DNA of 36,912 nucleotides from Octopus bimaculoides (Eukaryota). The notes under the pieces were generated by a model. It was not told where the DNA came from, made no database searches, and was given only the letters and a program-made list of their open reading frames with translations. Positions 34,250 through 36,912 of the stretch are shown here, piece after piece. Made by a program: the position numbers and the translations under genes. Numbering within the stretch: the first letter of the stretch is position 1; the number at the start of each line of letters is the position of its first letter. The DNA lies in NCBI RefSeq assembly GCF_001194135.2, contig NC_068981.1:148501124-148538035 (forward strand). The letters run 5' to 3'.

Positions 34250-34588
34250 TTATTGGGGCATTTGAGGTGCACCACCATAACCCGGGTGTTGCATAACATT
34301 ATTATACTCCTGTGCTTTCAGCCGTAAACAGGCAAGGGTTGAGCCAACGCTATGCTGTGGAGGGTATGTGTGGTTGACTAGAGCGCAGCTGGATGACGTC
34401 GTGATAGGGTTGTACGCTGGAGTCGTCCATGACAAATAGTCTGTGTTCATGGGGGACGGGCGTGGCGTTATCGGTTGTTCTATTGGAGTCGAGCTATCTG
34501 GATGGTGGGCGCCGTACAAGTTGTTTCGCTGCGCCATAGAGTTCCTTTCGTTGCGACGGAATTTCGCTCTTCGATTCTGAAACCACAC
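34250..34588 (-). CDS. Prrx: Paired-related homeobox protein (Prrx1/2 orthologue), terminal coding exon: homeodomain helix 3 to OAR domain and stop
   Basis: A pyrimidine tract and AG (34590-34589) precede GTG TGG TTT CAG = VWFQNRRAKFRRNER, at the conserved PRD-class phase-0 intron between homeodomain codons 46 and 47. EQPITPRPSP..TDYLSW matches vertebrate PRRX EQPIVPRPAPRPTDYLSW; TLACLRLKAQEY is an OAR motif (SIANLRLKAKEY); TAA at 34252-34250. The GTG is Val, not a start codon. Confidence 0.95.
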   Translation of the reverse strand: MWFQNRRAKFRRNERNSMAQRNNLYGAHHPDSSTPIEQPITPRPSPMNTDYLSWTTPAYNPITTSSSCALVNHTYPPQHSVGSTLACLRLKAQEYNNVMQHPGYGGAPQMPQ

Positions 34589-34908
34589 CTAATGTAAATA
34601 AAGAAAAAGAGAAAAACTATGGTAAGTGTAATAAATGACCCAGAAGAGTGGAGAAAAAAAAAAAAAAAGAGATATTATTAACAAGGCAGAACACATTTTC
34701 CACCTCGAAAAAGCAAGAAAGGAAGAATAACATTAAAAAAAACACAAAAAGCAACAACAAAAGCGAAGACAACGAAAGAAAGAAAAACAACCCAGATGTT
34801 CTTATATTTTAAGCAAATATTTTACCCAATAAGTACACTCACGCATACAGAATTGCACATAAATACATGCATACATACATACATACATACATACATATGT
34901 ATGTACGT

Positions 34909-34968
<60 letters not shown>

Positions 34969-35310
34969 NNNNNNNNNNNNNNNNNNNNNNNNNNNNNNNN
35001 NNNNNNNNNNNNNNNNNNNNNNNNNNNNNNNNNNNNNNNNNNNNNNNNNNNNNNNNNNNNNNNNNNNNNNNNNNNNNNNNNNNNNNNNNNNNNNNNNNNN
35101 NNNNNNNNNNNNNNNNNNNNNNNNNNNNNNNNNNNNNNNNNNNNNNNNNNNNNNNNNNNNNNNNNNNNNNNNNNNNNNNNNNNNNNNNNNNNNNNNNNNN
35201 NNNNNNNNNNNNNNNNNNNNNNNNNNNNNNNNNNNNNNNNNNNNNNNNNNNNNNNNNNNNNNNNNNNNNNNNNNNNNNNNNNNNNNNNNNNNNNNNNNNN
35301 NNNNNNNNNN

Positions 35311-35365
<55 letters not shown>

Positions 35366-35601
35366 ATATATTTACATATGCATATATGCATATGTATATA
35401 ATATACATTTATATGAATGTACATATATATATATATGTATATATTTACAGATATATACATACATACACACACACATATATATGTATATGCATAAATAATA
35501 TTACGATATATATATATATATGCACACACGTATTCATACACACTCACAGTTGCGTGTACATGTGTGTGGTGTGTGCGTGTATACGTACCTATTAATATAT
35601 C

Positions 35602-35646
<45 letters not shown>

Positions 35647-35674
35647 CATATATACATATCTTACATACAGACAT

Positions 35675-35705
<31 letters not shown>

Positions 35706-35721
35706 CACATACACACGCGCG

Positions 35722-35765
<44 letters not shown>

Positions 35766-35789
35766 AAGCGAACACCCTAACTACTAGTT

Positions 35790-36000
35790 AAGGTATTCAT
35801 AATCCTCAGGGTGTGACTACAATTCCTGCAGCGACTGTTGCATTGTGCCCTTGAGCAAGCCACTTCATTTTCTCCTGTTCCAGTCTATTCTGTTGTAATG
35901 AGTACCAGCCGGGTGCTGATACAGCTCCCTTTCGCTCCAGCTGCGTATCGCAGACGTTTCTCTGAGTCAAGAATGATGGGACTGAGAGGGTGCCTATGTT
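35790..36000 (+). mobile_element. Degenerate SINE with CORE/Meta-like domain (in the Prrx intron)
   Basis: gtgcccttgagcaagccacttcatttt...ccagtctattctgttgtaatgagtacc resembles the family C domain at ~10250-10310. Confidence 0.5.
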
Positions 36001-36054
36001 CCCTCGCGATTGCACAGGCGCCTTTAACAATTAGCGAACGCATGGTATGCTTGT

Positions 36055-36122
<68 letters not shown>

Positions 36123-36159
36123 GTATTCATGCATGCATACATACATTCATATATGTGTA

Positions 36160-36569
36160 TATCTTTTATTTTTTACTTATTTCGGTCATTGGACTGCGGC
36201 CGTGTTGGGGCACCGCCCTGAAGGGTTTAGTGTAATTCAATAATTAGGGGTTAACCGAGCTCCCTAATAATTTTTAAAGTTTTGTTACTTATTTTGCCGG
36301 ATTTCTTTTGTCAAACGGTGACGTAAACAAACCAAAACCGGTTGTCAAGTGGTGGTTTTAGATAAAAACAAAAACACACAAGCAGATATATTCACATATA
36401 TGCATATATACGACGGGCTTCCCCCCCAGTATCCGTCAGCTAAATTTAGCCACAAAGCATTGGTGAGCTACAGCGGAAGACCCTTGCACAAGGTGCCGCG
36501 CAGTGGGACTGAACTCAAAATCGTGCGATTGCAAAGTGAGCTTCTTAACCACACAACTATGCTTGCGCT

Positions 36570-36570
<1 letters not shown>
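36160..36570 (-). mobile_element. Degenerate composite family D SINE (in the Prrx intron)
   Basis: ttacttatttcggtcattggactgcggccgtgttggggcaccgcc ... cttgcacaaggtgccgcgcagtgggactgaactc...cttcttaaccacac. Confidence 0.6.
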
Positions 36571-36605
<35 letters not shown>

Positions 36606-36912
36606 TTCATGCATGTGTGTATGCATATTTAAATAATATATGTGTATGTATGTATATATATATATATATATATTATTTTGCTTAAAAGAGTTCCAACACT
36701 GTCTGTTTTTATGTTTTATTTATATTCCTGCAGAACTAATGTGGGGTATAGAATATGGAATATACAATATATAATATGATATACAATATACAATATAAAA
36801 TAAAATAAAATAAAAATGGATGGCCCCATGAAAGAAAGTATTGAATGTAGATGAAATATTGAGTGTTCAATATAAAGGATCAAATATATAAATATATAAA
36901 TATAAATATATA

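Noticed and set aside
34250-34588. Single-exon 112-aa gene starting at GTG
   Set aside because: The GTG is Val47 of the homeodomain directly after a canonical acceptor; the rest of the gene lies upstream.

Overview
AT-rich, microsatellite- and SINE-dense eukaryotic DNA from a gapped draft assembly. The repeat landscape (tRNA-headed Nin/Deu-type SINEs, (TACA)n/(CA)n/(TA)n/(TCTA)n arrays) looks like octopus/coleoid cephalopod DNA; this is an inference and was not checked. The only host gene I can support is the last coding exon of a Prrx (paired-related homeobox) orthologue on the minus strand (34250-34588: homeodomain helix 3, EQPI-PRP/DYLSW motif, OAR domain). Its upstream exons are not visible. 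The ~34 kb downstream is non-coding and holds about 25 SINE copies plus decayed R4-type, RTE-type, Penelope, Helitron and Tc1/mariner elements. Almost all ORF-track entries are microsatellite or N-gap artefacts. The most unusual features are: (i) an 813-bp foldback transposon with an exact 8-bp TSD and head-to-head TTAGGG/CCCTAA arrays at its centre; (ii) all 14 recognisable copies of the main SINE lie on one strand, partly in head-to-tail arrays joined by (ATT)n tails; (iii) several long hairpins and two unexplained GC-rich islands. I found no convincing evidence of a new multi-gene system. All coordinates and alignments were read by eye; repeat boundaries are approximate unless a TSD is given.
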